Of a DNA stretch of 27,883 nt, positions 16,865-24,802 are shown one piece after another. The stretch is from an uncultured virus (IMG/VR IMGVR_UViG_3300005253_000126). Its lineage: Duplodnaviria; Heunggongvirae; Uroviricota; Caudoviricetes. Numbering within the stretch: position 1 is the stretch's first letter; every line of letters begins with the position of its first letter. Made by a program: the position numbers and the translations under genes. Below the pieces are notes generated by a model that saw only the letters and a program-made list of their open reading frames with translations, was not told the origin of the DNA and made no database searches. The stretch lies in IMG/VR virus record IMGVR_UViG_3300005253_000126, one strand, 5' to 3'.

Positions 16865-17514
16865 GATCCTGTTCCTCCATCCATTTTTTTGTCGAAGTAG
16901 TTGGCTAACTCCCAGAACACCTCCGCTTCCTCAGAATCTTCCTCTCGCATCAGCCGCGAGTACGCACGCATAGCAACACGCGCCGCCAGACCTCTCTGGC
17001 CCTCGACGTTCGGCTTCATGGCTGCGAGGCCCATCACCTCTACTTCGCCCTTGAGCTTTTCAAGATTTGTGCCCTCTGGAGTGAGACTGTTAAATTGCAC
17101 CTTAGGGGCCCCCTTCCTAGCGTCTTGTATTTTCTTTATCCACGGATTCAGATAGAGCTGCACATGCTGACCGGTCCCGACCACGTCCATGGTCAAATCA
17201 TTCATACCGGCATCTGCCGGGGCCCTCATCGTGATCACCAGCTCGTTTTTCGAGTAATCATAGAACACGGATTCAAGTTTGCCACCTATCTTCTGCTCTT
17301 TCGCCATGTCAGCCTCCATCGCTGTCTCTTGGCTCACACCCCCGCGAGGGTCTCGCCATGGATGAACGTGTCTCGGCTCCACCCTATCGAACTTGTCCAT
17401 CATATCAGCCTCCATCGCTGCCTCGTGCATTAAACGCCTACCACTCTCTTCAGCTACGACCACAACCCGATCTGCAGCCTCGATAATCTTCAGATCCAGT
17501 ACCCTCTTCCCCAT
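16861..17514 (-). CDS. Hypothetical protein with duplicated AMEADM segment
   Basis: ATG 17514 with AGGAG RBS; two internal GGAGG-N5-ATG sites. Confidence 0.65.
   Translation of the reverse strand: MGKRVLDLKIIEAADRVVVVAEESGRRLMHEAAMEADMMDKFDRVEPRHVHPWRDPRGGVSQETAMEADMAKEQKIGGKLESVFYDYSKNELVITMRAPADAGMNDLTMDVVGTGQHVQLYLNPWIKKIQDARKGAPKVQFNSLTPEGTNLEKLKGEVEVMGLAAMKPNVEGQRGLAARVAMRAYSRLMREEDSEEAEVFWELANYFDKKMDGGTGS
17305..17420. repeat. 20-bp direct repeat CAT(G/A)TCAGCCTCCATCGCTG, two copies
   Basis: 17305-17324 and 17401-17420, one mismatch, 96-bp period. Confidence 0.8.
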
Positions 17515-17534
17515 TGTGACTCCTGAAAGTCTCT

Positions 17535-17552
17535 CTGTCCACACGTGTGGAC
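17535..17552. promoter_or_regulatory. Palindrome copy 3, CTGTCCACACGTGTGGAC
   Basis: 16-bp perfect palindrome at 17537-17552; intergenic, about 22 nt upstream of ATG 17514. Confidence 0.75.
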
Positions 17553-17576
17553 TAGGAGGCCAAACCCCCCATCCGG

Positions 17577-18104
17577 TTACTTACTAGCACCGCCGCCCTG
17601 ACCAGGACCGCCGTCGCCATCGGGACCGCCGCCTCCGCCAGGACCACCAGGGCCACCGTCGCCGTCGCTGTTACCGGGACCCCCATCGGGACCACCGCCA
17701 CCGCCGCCGCCAGGGCCTCCACCACCGGGACCGCCGCCAGGACCTCCGCCTCCGGCACCACCGCCGCCAGGACCGCCACCGCCGCCCTCACTGCCTTGCC
17801 CGAGGCCAGGACTGCTAAAAGCCCCAGGTCCACCGGTCCTCACATCCCAGCACTCGTCGTAAGTCTTTCCGCTTTTCAGTAGGGCTTCGCACTCAGGGGT
17901 GAATGCCCACGGCCACTGCTTAACAAGACCGTGATCAGTGCCGCCTGTGGCTTCGTAGCCGAACTGTGCGCACATATCAGGCGTGTCATAGAAGGCATCC
18001 CCCCTACACAAGTCATCCAGCCCCGCGTGCAAGTGGTTGTTATCCCCCGCCGACGCCATCCCCACACTGAACATCAGCACAAACGCCAATAAAAACCTAT
18101 TCAT
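17577..18104 (-). CDS. Exported protein with Cys-containing core and Gly/Pro-rich tail
   Basis: Signal peptide MNRFLLAFVLMFSVGMASA, four Cys, and a long GGGGP-type repeat tail. Confidence 0.75.
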   Translation of the reverse strand: MNRFLLAFVLMFSVGMASAGDNNHLHAGLDDLCRGDAFYDTPDMCAQFGYEATGGTDHGLVKQWPWAFTPECEALLKSGKTYDECWDVRTGGPGAFSSPGLGQGSEGGGGGPGGGGAGGGGPGGGPGGGGPGGGGGGGPDGGPGNSDGDGGPGGPGGGGGPDGDGGPGQGGGASK

Positions 18105-18141
18105 ACACCTTGCCTCTCAAGTCTTCTGTCGTTGAAAAAAT

Positions 18142-18216
18142 TGGTCCCAGGAGAAGGATTTGAACCTCCGACCTATCGGTTATCGACCGATTGCTCTACG
18201 GCTGAGCTACCCCGGG
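18142..18216 (-). tRNA. tRNA-Ile(GAT), non-canonical
   Basis: CCCGGGG-TA-GCTC-AGCCGTA-GAGC-A-ATCGG-TCGATAA-CCGAT-AGGTC-GGAGG-TTCAAAT-CCTTC-TCCTGGG-A-CCA: full cloverleaf with encoded CCA. Confidence 0.85.
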
Positions 18217-18501
18217 CTATCTCCTGGGGACAGCGCCGACGGGAATCGCAATGGCCCCCGTAAGAGCGGACACCGGCATGAAGATCATCTCCTTGGCCAG
18301 CATTATCTCCCCACGAGGAGAGAAAAATACTTTCACATCGCTCATGGGCTTCCACGCTTTATTCAGCAGATCTGTGATCTCCTGCTCGAACGGTGTCTTG
18401 GCATCACCGGTCACCAGCTTGTACTGGTACGCCTCCTGCTTAACCTGTGGCGGGCCCCCGGTCAACCCCTTTACCTTCTCGTGCTCTTCATCCCCGTTCA
18501 T
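18217..18501 (-). CDS. Hypothetical protein
   Basis: 94 aa, GAGGG RBS; its stop codon abuts the tRNA 5' end. Confidence 0.65.
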   Translation of the reverse strand: MNGDEEHEKVKGLTGGPPQVKQEAYQYKLVTGDAKTPFEQEITDLLNKAWKPMSDVKVFFSPRGEIMLAKEMIFMPVSALTGAIAIPVGAVPRR

Positions 18502-18508
18502 GTCGCCC

Positions 18509-19063
18509 TCAAAAAAATGAATGACCCACGGCCCCCAGGGCCATGTTGTTGAGTAAACGCCTCAGCTCCGTCACCACCTTGGTCGCTGGGATATTCCCCA
18601 GCTCCCCGTTCTTCAGCCTGGTCTCGTAGTCTTCCACCGCATTCTGGGCCGCGAACAGCCCCTTCTGCTTGGACTGGGCCAGGGCCCTGACAAAGCCGTC
18701 GACCACGGTGGGCGGGAGGTGCTTGGCCTCGACCGCCTTTATCATCGCTTCCATCAGAGAATGAAAGGCGGGATCTACATCGCCCCGGCCCTGGATCTTA
18801 CTCTCCCCAGCCTTGACGACTGCCCCGAATTTTCTAATCGGCTTGTGATACCCTCTCGGCGCGCTTGCTGTCATGTCTTCTCCTACCACCACCACCTTGC
18901 CCACCTGGGCTGAACACCTGACGCATCTGGCCTCAGTCACCGGAGGCATCTCTCCATGCTCACAAAACGGACAGGCCATGGAGTCAACTATCTCCCCAGG
19001 CTCAGTCTCGTGTACCAGAACTTGTCGCAGGTTGGCCCCGCGGCTTACGTCAACCCTTATCAT
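18509..19063 (-). CDS. Hypothetical protein with Zn-ribbon (CPFC...CVRC)
   Basis: Start moved to ATG 19063 to avoid a long overlap with the upstream ORF. Confidence 0.6.
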   Translation of the reverse strand: MIRVDVSRGANLRQVLVHETEPGEIVDSMACPFCEHGEMPPVTEARCVRCSAQVGKVVVVGEDMTASAPRGYHKPIRKFGAVVKAGESKIQGRGDVDPAFHSLMEAMIKAVEAKHLPPTVVDGFVRALAQSKQKGLFAAQNAVEDYETRLKNGELGNIPATKVVTELRRLLNNMALGAVGHSFF

Positions 19064-19253
19064 CTTGCTTGAGTGTAGTCTGGACCCAGCCAAGTGCAAG
19101 GCCCACGCCCTGGCGTAGACGCGCCAAAGGATCACAGCAGTGCGGCGTTCGGCCGTTAGCCGCCAGGAAATTGCCTAGCACCTGATCTCCGGCCAGAGCC
19201 GCCTTCAAGGCGGCCTGGATACGCAGCATCTCAATCCTCTCCCCCTCAGTCAT
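19050..19253 (-). CDS. Hypothetical protein
   Basis: MTEGERIEML...; fits the gene string. Confidence 0.5.
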   Translation of the reverse strand: MTEGERIEMLRIQAALKAALAGDQVLGNFLAANGRTPHCCDPLARLRQGVGLALGWVQTTLKQDDKG

Positions 19254-19254
19254 C

Positions 19255-19464
19255 CTACCCACTCATGAACTTGAAATCGTCTTCCATCCAGGACTTCGCA
19301 TCCTCGGAGGTCTTAAAATGAGCACCAATGAAGGCCATATACTTGTTGCTGTCCGGAGACTCTTGAAACATCGCTTTTAGGTTGTCCATATCGAAAGGCT
19401 CCAGGACCACCATAACCGGGATGTCCTTGCTATCGTAATATGTGTCTCCTATTTTCACTTTCAT
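19255..19464 (-). CDS. Hypothetical protein
   Basis: 69 aa, ATGA overlap. Confidence 0.65.
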   Translation of the reverse strand: MKVKIGDTYYDSKDIPVMVVLEPFDMDNLKAMFQESPDSNKYMAFIGAHFKTSEDAKSWMEDDFKFMSG

Positions 19465-19847
19465 GGTCTACCGCAGCCCTCGTCATTCCTTTTGAATTCC
19501 TGGGATCGAACCTCGAACATAGGCTTCATGTCCACGATCTTCACAGGCCGACTTTGCTCGCGCTTGATCGAGATTAAAATCTCAGCCGACTCCATCTGGT
19601 GACTCGTCTTGATCGGACCATCGGTCCTGAACTCAACGTTCCTCACCACGGGTCTCGGCTTCTCCTCATCAGTGACCGTCTCATACGTCATCACGTACAT
19701 ATACGGCAATGGTTTATTGTTCTTTTTCATCCCCCTGACCTCTGGGTATGCGAACTCAACGTGGTCCGTCTCAGTCAGTATAGCGTCCCTCAGAGGGATG
19801 TGACAGCGCTTGACTAGGTCAACGACCAGGATCAACAAGTTAGCCAA
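19461..19847 (-). CDS. Hypothetical protein
   Basis: 128 aa, TTG start, coupled to neighbours. Confidence 0.55.
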   Translation of the reverse strand: MANLLILVVDLVKRCHIPLRDAILTETDHVEFAYPEVRGMKKNNKPLPYMYVMTYETVTDEEKPRPVVRNVEFRTDGPIKTSHQMESAEILISIKREQSRPVKIVDMKPMFEVRSQEFKRNDEGCGRP

Positions 19848-20070
19848 TATGCTTGACTACCTGAATGCGCTGACCATAGATATGGATCAAGCCACTATCC
19901 ACGGAAAAGGCTACCCCTTCCTGCTGGGTATCGAACATCTTGGCCTTCTCAAGGTTAGGCGACCAGGAGAACTGCGCAGGGCCCGCCTGGGCAAAATCAG
20001 AGCCCTTGAAGTAGGTGTCCTGTTTGTTAAAGTCGTCAATCTTGATCTGTCGTCTTATCACCCACGCCAT
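19840..20070 (-). CDS. Hypothetical protein
   Basis: 76 aa with WSPNLEKAKMF segment. Confidence 0.6.
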   Translation of the reverse strand: MAWVIRRQIKIDDFNKQDTYFKGSDFAQAGPAQFSWSPNLEKAKMFDTQQEGVAFSVDSGLIHIYGQRIQVVKHIG

Positions 20071-20371
20071 TGTCAGGTCCCTTATCCACTGTTTCTAGGC
20101 CCTTCTCCCGAGCCCGGATCTCTAGCCCCTGCAAAAACTTAACCACGCCGCGGCCCTGGTCCTGAGTCTGGGCCACGTCCACCAGCGCTGAAAAATAGAC
20201 CACATTCAGACGCCAATAGGCCGGGTCACCCCGCTTCTCGCATTCAACCACGCGAGCTGTAGCCACCTGTTGCAGGTAGCCCCAGGTATACTCACGCATG
20301 GCCAGCGCCATCACCCGCATAGCCCGAGCCATGCTCTCTGCCGTCTTTCTTCCGCTATCACCTTCACTCAT
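20036..20371 (-). CDS. Hypothetical protein
   Basis: ATG 20371 after GAGGG; overlaps the upstream TAA. Confidence 0.55.
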   Translation of the reverse strand: MSEGDSGRKTAESMARAMRVMALAMREYTWGYLQQVATARVVECEKRGDPAYWRLNVVYFSALVDVAQTQDQGRGVVKFLQGLEIRAREKGLETVDKGPDNGVGDKTTDQD

Positions 20372-20568
20372 TACGCTACCCTCACGCATTTGAACCCCAG
20401 TTGCCCTGGCCGACCCAAGTCCACACTGTAGCCAACCAGACGCCGTCCCGCGTAGTAGCTCACGCGCTTACCTTCCGCGCGCGTGCGCGTAGCCTTGTTG
20501 GATACGGTCCTGACGAACTCCGACAGCGATACGATCTCTTCATCGCGAGGAGTGAAATGCCTGGCCAT
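20371..20568 (-). CDS. Hypothetical protein
   Basis: MARHFTPRDEE...; starts just after the MazG stop. Confidence 0.5.
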   Translation of the reverse strand: MARHFTPRDEEIVSLSEFVRTVSNKATRTRAEGKRVSYYAGRRLVGYSVDLGRPGQLGFKCVRVA

Positions 20569-20569
20569 G

Positions 20570-21013
20570 TCAGAATCTCTTGCCGTGCTTATGGGGTCGG
20601 CCCGCATTGAACTCCATTTTCAACAAGGTTGCAAGCCCCAGACGCAGGCCGTATGCCTGGCAGAAGTCCATCAGCCGGATCAGGAGATCCGCACACTCCT
20701 CCTCCATGGCCGTGATGCCAGGCACCTTCTCACATTGCTTGGTGGGCTCTCTCATAGCCTCCAGCATCTCACTCACCTCGGAGTGTATTAGAGCGATCTT
20801 CTGCGCCTGCACCGCGTCACGCAACCCGTCGGCCTTAGGCGGCGACATGATGCACTCTTCCTCCATGCTGTCGATGTACTCCAGGATGTCCCAGAACCCG
20901 TGATCCTTGGAGTTCCTGTGTGCTCTCTTCTGGATGTACTTGAACAGGGGCAGGAAGTCCTTGGTGAACTGCTCGCTCATCAATCGGTCCAAGACCGGTC
21001 CAGAGCCCGTCAT
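20570..21013 (-). CDS. MazG-like nucleotide pyrophosphohydrolase
   Basis: AH.NS.DHGFW, KIALIHSEVSEMLEA.R, EEECADLLIRLMD, KMEFNAGRPHKHGKRF. Confidence 0.85.
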   Translation of the reverse strand: MTGSGPVLDRLMSEQFTKDFLPLFKYIQKRAHRNSKDHGFWDILEYIDSMEEECIMSPPKADGLRDAVQAQKIALIHSEVSEMLEAMREPTKQCEKVPGITAMEEECADLLIRLMDFCQAYGLRLGLATLLKMEFNAGRPHKHGKRF

Positions 21014-21237
21014 GCGACCTTCTTCAGCACATGCAGGCGATGGCTCAGCGCCCGTTGCATGCGCTCGATGTCGCGGATCATCTTCGACGACACCTCCATG
21101 CCAGTGTCCAGCTCATTGAAAAACTTCAGATACCGGGCCGCCTTCTTCAACGACTTCATGGCGTACTCGGCGTGCTGTACTTGATCCAAGTCCTCGACCC
21201 GGATCTTCCTCATGTCGATAGTTTGCTCACTCATCAC
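21010..21237 (-). CDS. Hypothetical helical protein
   Basis: 75 aa, 4-nt overlaps at both ends. Confidence 0.6.
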   Translation of the reverse strand: MMSEQTIDMRKIRVEDLDQVQHAEYAMKSLKKAARYLKFFNELDTGMEVSSKMIRDIERMQRALSHRLHVLKKVA

Positions 21238-21473
21238 TTTACTCCCTTCTCAAAACATGGGCCCTTGGGTAAGGGCACCTTCTCGTTCAACTGCTCCATC
21301 TGCAGACCACAGCCCTGGCACTCATAGAGCCTGTGATCGTGCGATAGCCATCTGTGGTTCGGCGCGTGTAGCGCGCACCAGGCCATATATACCTTAGTCT
21401 CTGACCTGTGGGGCATCGAGTAGAGATACTGATGCAAGCTCTCCCGGCCGCACCGATACTCGCTGCACTTCAT
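21234..21473 (-). CDS. Cys/His-rich hypothetical protein
   Basis: C..YRC, C..H, HDH, CQGC motifs. Confidence 0.6.
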   Translation of the reverse strand: MKCSEYRCGRESLHQYLYSMPHRSETKVYMAWCALHAPNHRWLSHDHRLYECQGCGLQMEQLNEKVPLPKGPCFEKGVK

Positions 21474-21682
21474 TGCAGTTCAGCAACCACGTTCGCGATG
21501 TCGCCCTTGCCGCATTTGAAGGTCATAATCCATCGCTCTGGTGAGCCTGGGCTGCGCGTAGATGTAGCATAGCAGCTCAGCCACACCTCGCCACTTCTAG
21601 CAGCCACTGTGGCAAAGGATACGGCCAAAATAAAGCCTAGAGCCGTGCCCATCGTAAGGTGCATCCACCATTTCAACATCAC
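21470..21682 (-). CDS. Small exported/membrane protein
   Basis: N-terminal hydrophobic helix. Confidence 0.6.
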   Translation of the reverse strand: MMLKWWMHLTMGTALGFILAVSFATVAARSGEVWLSCYATSTRSPGSPERWIMTFKCGKGDIANVVAELQ

Positions 21683-21981
21683 GTTTCTCCATCGCCGCCC
21701 ACAACAAGCGGCACCATTAGCTGTGGGGCTGGTACGTGGACCGCAGGCAGCGCGTGTACGCCGTTCTCGACCTCAGTGACATGCCAGTCCCGATTAAAGT
21801 ATCCGACCCCCTCAGCGGCGTCTAAGCCGTCCTCGACCCGCTTCCTGCATGACTCTGCCAGTTCAGCGGGTGTCCGCTCATCCATAACCGGGTCCCCAGC
21901 CCAGTCCACCCCGACCAGCCATTCCAGCTTGAACCGGTTCCCGGCCTTGTTACTCGCGTATAGGGTCACTTTGTACAGCAT
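21679..21981 (-). CDS. Hypothetical protein
   Basis: MLYKVTLYAS...; TGATG coupling. Confidence 0.55.
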   Translation of the reverse strand: MLYKVTLYASNKAGNRFKLEWLVGVDWAGDPVMDERTPAELAESCRKRVEDGLDAAEGVGYFNRDWHVTEVENGVHALPAVHVPAPQLMVPLVVGGDGET

Positions 21982-22190
21982 CAGATCATCCCCTTTTTCA
22001 TAGCCAGCCACTCGGGTATCGTGATCGCCGCCAGGCGCTCATTGCCCGGCCTGTGGTCATACTCCAGTCGCTCGATAACCGACCTGGGTATCCAGATCTC
22101 TTTGTTCCCCTCGTGGAGCACCAGGATAGCCAGCTTGGCCGGGTCATCCATCAGCACTTCTACCACGAATTGATACTCGCCGTCACTCAT
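21981..22190 (-). CDS. Small phage protein (AIL...WIPRS...IPEWLA.KKG pattern)
   Basis: Motif pattern I recognise from small phage hypothetical proteins; function unknown. Confidence 0.7.
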   Translation of the reverse strand: MSDGEYQFVVEVLMDDPAKLAILVLHEGNKEIWIPRSVIERLEYDHRPGNERLAAITIPEWLAMKKGMI

Positions 22191-22419
22191 CCTCTGCCTC
22201 TGGCAGCTTCTCTAACGTGCCCCCGTTCATTAGCTTATTCCCGGCCAATGTGGAGCCGATCACGTGCAGGTCATGCACCACGTATCTCTTCCCAACCTCG
22301 TACACCCCTGCATCCTTCTCAAATATCTTCAGATTGATGTCCGTCACGTCGTTCCTCAGGACATACATCACACTGCCGTTCGCCTGAAAATGCGCTATAT
22401 TACACGTGACTATCATCAT
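22183..22419 (-). CDS. Hypothetical protein
   Basis: ATGA overlap with the upstream stop. Confidence 0.55.
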   Translation of the reverse strand: MMIVTCNIAHFQANGSVMYVLRNDVTDINLKIFEKDAGVYEVGKRYVVHDLHVIGSTLAGNKLMNGGTLEKLPEAEDE

Positions 22420-22622
22420 CGCCCCCAGTTCGTGCACTTGCAATCCATAGCCAGCCCCACATAGGGGTGGCCGCAGATATTGCAAAGACCCGCGGCTGTG
22501 CGCTGGGCATCCCTGAGAATAGCCGATCCCAGGCTCATCCTGTAAGCCTTATCCATGGCTATCGTGTGAAGCTCACGCGCGCGTCGGCGATTGTACAGCC
22601 ACTGTCTGATACGCTCAATCAC
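22416..22622 (-). CDS. Hypothetical protein with C-terminal CNICG...CKC
   Basis: GTGA overlap with the upstream stop. Confidence 0.55.
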   Translation of the reverse strand: MIERIRQWLYNRRRARELHTIAMDKAYRMSLGSAILRDAQRTAAGLCNICGHPYVGLAMDCKCTNWGR

Positions 22623-22795
22623 GGGATGTACCACACTGGGCCGCCCGCGGAACCATCAAACTCGTTCACATCAGCCGGGTCCTTCAGCAGATGCTGGATC
22701 TGTTTGATCGCGTTCTTCGCTGCCTTCTTGTCCATGCCTTGCTTGAACACCAGAAGGGCACCCACCATCGTATTGCCATTGGTTCTCATCGTCAT
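22619..22795 (-). CDS. Hypothetical protein (58 aa, not in ORF track)
   Basis: GAGGTG RBS; MTMRTNGNTMVGALLVFKQG...GGPVWYIP*. Confidence 0.6.
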   Translation of the reverse strand: MTMRTNGNTMVGALLVFKQGMDKKAAKNAIKQIQHLLKDPADVNEFDGSAGGPVWYIP

Positions 22796-22816
22796 CACCT
22801 CTCTCTGCTCAGTTTC

Positions 22817-22912
22817 CTATGCCCAGATCACCCAGGCCACCACCAGAAATATAGCGATCCATGTTGCCCACGCGCCTATTGTCACTGGCGCAATCCTCTT
22901 CCTGGCGTTCAT
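22817..22912 (-). CDS. 31-aa single-TM peptide
   Basis: ATGA overlap, GGAG RBS; MNARKRIAPVTIGAWATWIAIFLVVAWVIWA*. Confidence 0.5.
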   Translation of the reverse strand: MNARKRIAPVTIGAWATWIAIFLVVAWVIWA

Positions 22913-23025
22913 TTTCGTCTCCAGATCTGCTCACCACGTCGACGTGCGATGGCCGCACACACTACCGCGACCAACACGCCCAGGTGGGTGGCTATCCCCA
23001 GAATCACAAAGATGTCATTCCACAT
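22909..23025 (-). CDS. 38-aa single-TM peptide
   Basis: MWNDIFVILGIATHLGVLVAVVCAAIARRRGEQIWRRK*, AGGGGG RBS. Confidence 0.5.
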   Translation of the reverse strand: MWNDIFVILGIATHLGVLVAVVCAAIARRRGEQIWRRK

Positions 23026-23027
23026 CA

Positions 23028-23180
23028 CTACCCCCTTATGTACCAGACGATCACTGCCGACACTAAGCCGATGACGAGACCAACCCAGAACCCGGTGAAT
23101 AGACCCATCTTGTAGTACCACTTCTCCTGCCAGGTCATGATGCCCAAGTCCGCCATGTCAATGTTGTCGTGGATGCTCAT
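23028..23180 (-). CDS. 50-aa single-TM peptide
   Basis: GGAGG RBS; TM segment GLFTGFWVGLVIGLVSAVIVWYI. Confidence 0.55.
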   Translation of the reverse strand: MSIHDNIDMADLGIMTWQEKWYYKMGLFTGFWVGLVIGLVSAVIVWYIRG

Positions 23181-23437
23181 CACGTCACCTCCGTCGCTCT
23201 GAGCGGACACCAGCCTGGTATCCCCTCCATCTTGATCTCTACGGTGCGCGATCCGTCGCCTTTCTCTGTGGTGATTTTAGTGAACGGGAGCACCCTGGCC
23301 TTCCAGTCACACCCGCGCTTCCTGACCGTAGTCGGATGCCCACAGATCTGCTGGGCCCCGCCCGGCGTGAACGCCCCGCTGTGGTCACTGTGGTGACACT
23401 CCAGGCAGGTCCGGATCTCTGTCGTGTATTTCATCAC
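23180..23437 (-). CDS. Cys/His-rich hypothetical protein
   Basis: CLECHH...C.H...C...IPGWCPL; GGAGG RBS. Confidence 0.7.
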   Translation of the reverse strand: MMKYTTEIRTCLECHHSDHSGAFTPGGAQQICGHPTTVRKRGCDWKARVLPFTKITTEKGDGSRTVEIKMEGIPGWCPLRATEVT

Positions 23438-23649
23438 GTCCCCTCCGTCGCCATCTCATTGGCTCGCGCGAGTAGCGTCAACTCCAGATAACCACTGGTC
23501 GTGTGCCCCACTATCATGGAGTCCATGTCTTCAGCGATCTCTAGCTTCGCCTTATGGCCTAACCCATTGAGTTCAAGCAGGGCATGCCCAGCTTCGCCCA
23601 GGCGTCTCTTGATGTCGTCTATATGTTCGTGTCTGGTCATTTTGATCAC
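23434..23649 (-). CDS. Hypothetical protein
   Basis: 71 aa, GTGA overlaps. Confidence 0.6.
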   Translation of the reverse strand: MIKMTRHEHIDDIKRRLGEAGHALLELNGLGHKAKLEIAEDMDSMIVGHTTSGYLELTLLARANEMATEGT

Positions 23650-23966
23650 CCCTTCAGTAACCGGCGAGCCTCACGGGTCCCGCCGAATGTTTTGAATGCT
23701 GCTCTAAACCTTTTCTTAGCACGCGCCACCGGATAGTCAAGCTGCGTGATGTATCGGTCATCACTGTTCGGGATCTTGTGTACCTTGATACCCGAGCTGT
23801 CCATCAGGATGATGTGAATCAGGGACCGGCCGCGCTTCACGACCAGGCCTATACGCTCCCCGGAGCCCACGTCGGCCACGGAGTTGGCTAGGTGCCCCTT
23901 CTTGCCGAGCTGCTTGGCATGCCCGAGCCTGGGCGCGTTGTAGAATCTCACAACCTCACACATCAC
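23646..23966 (-). CDS. Basic hypothetical protein
   Basis: 106 aa, GTGA overlaps, GAGG RBS. Confidence 0.65.
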   Translation of the reverse strand: MMCEVVRFYNAPRLGHAKQLGKKGHLANSVADVGSGERIGLVVKRGRSLIHIILMDSSGIKVHKIPNSDDRYITQLDYPVARAKKRFRAAFKTFGGTREARRLLKG

Positions 23967-24166
23967 TTTATCCTCGCCTGCTCATCGAGCCAGGCCTCAG
24001 AGACCCACCGGCTGCGCTTGTCATCATCAGTCACGTAATATCGTGGACCCTTAATGTCTCCGCGCCCGCCTATCTTCAACACCCTGAGAAAGTCCCGCGG
24101 GTCAGGATCAACGAACCGATCCCCTACCTGGTACTTGCAGAGCTTGTCAAAGTGGGCACTCATCAC
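23963..24166 (-). CDS. Hypothetical protein, possible SH3/KOW-like barrel
   Basis: KYQVGDRF...V..IG......YYV...RWVSEAWL pattern. Confidence 0.55.
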   Translation of the reverse strand: MMSAHFDKLCKYQVGDRFVDPDPRDFLRVLKIGGRGDIKGPRYYVTDDDKRSRWVSEAWLDEQARIK

Positions 24167-24387
24167 TGCGCCAACCTATCACGCTCAAGGTCGCGCTCGG
24201 ATACCGCAAACTGTGCCATCAAATCAAATAGATTCTTTGCAGTAATACCCCCTGCTTCAAAATCGGCTATAGACGAAACCACAAAAAATGCTTCAGCCCT
24301 TTCCGTTATGTCAGTCACGTTAAGAGCACGTAAACGCTCATTCTCACGACGCATATCCCGATGTTGTTTGTCAGTCATATCAGTCAC
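24163..24387 (-). CDS. Hypothetical protein
   Basis: 74 aa; visibly more AT-rich than neighbours. Confidence 0.55.
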   Translation of the reverse strand: MTDMTDKQHRDMRRENERLRALNVTDITERAEAFFVVSSIADFEAGGITAKNLFDLMAQFAVSERDLERDRLAQ

Positions 24388-24388
24388 C

Positions 24389-24802
24389 TCAGTAGTTTGC
24401 CAGATCGAGCACTGCTTGCTGGTCGCCAGCCTTAGCCTTGCGCAACAGCTCGCGATGCCTCACCTGCTCAGCCACGTTCGTGGCGATGGCCGCCGCAACC
24501 AGCTTCTCGAAGTAGGCCTTGGCCGCCTTGTACGTCTTGAAGAGACGCACCTTGTGAAGGCCGTTGTTGTTTGTCCAGGTCGCGCCTTTCTTCATGCGTC
24601 CCCGCACTACGTCACTGATCGCGTCAGCGATGTAGACCTGGGGGCCGACCGCGAACTTCAACCCGCGTGCCAAGCCGAGCCGCCCGTAACTGGCGAGCGC
24701 ATTCGACTTGAGGATGGCCGGGGCCATGCCTGTGTTGGAGCACCCGTAGAAATCGGGGCCGACAAGGTATCGACCCGTGGTCATTCTGCTCGGCATGTTC
24801 AT
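24389..24802 (-). CDS. Hypothetical protein
   Basis: 137 aa, GAGG RBS, C/G-ending codons. Confidence 0.7.
   Translation of the reverse strand: MNMPSRMTTGRYLVGPDFYGCSNTGMAPAILKSNALASYGRLGLARGLKFAVGPQVYIADAISDVVRGRMKKGATWTNNNGLHKVRLFKTYKAAKAYFEKLVAAAIATNVAEQVRHRELLRKAKAGDQQAVLDLANY

Noticed and set aside
16647..16880. 77-aa ORF from the track
   Set aside because: A better-coupled pair (16730-16864 and 16528-16737) explains the interval, with an RBS and overlaps.
17552..17833. 93-aa Ala/Val-rich minus-strand ORF
   Set aside because: Alternative frame of the Gly-rich repeat gene 17577-18104.
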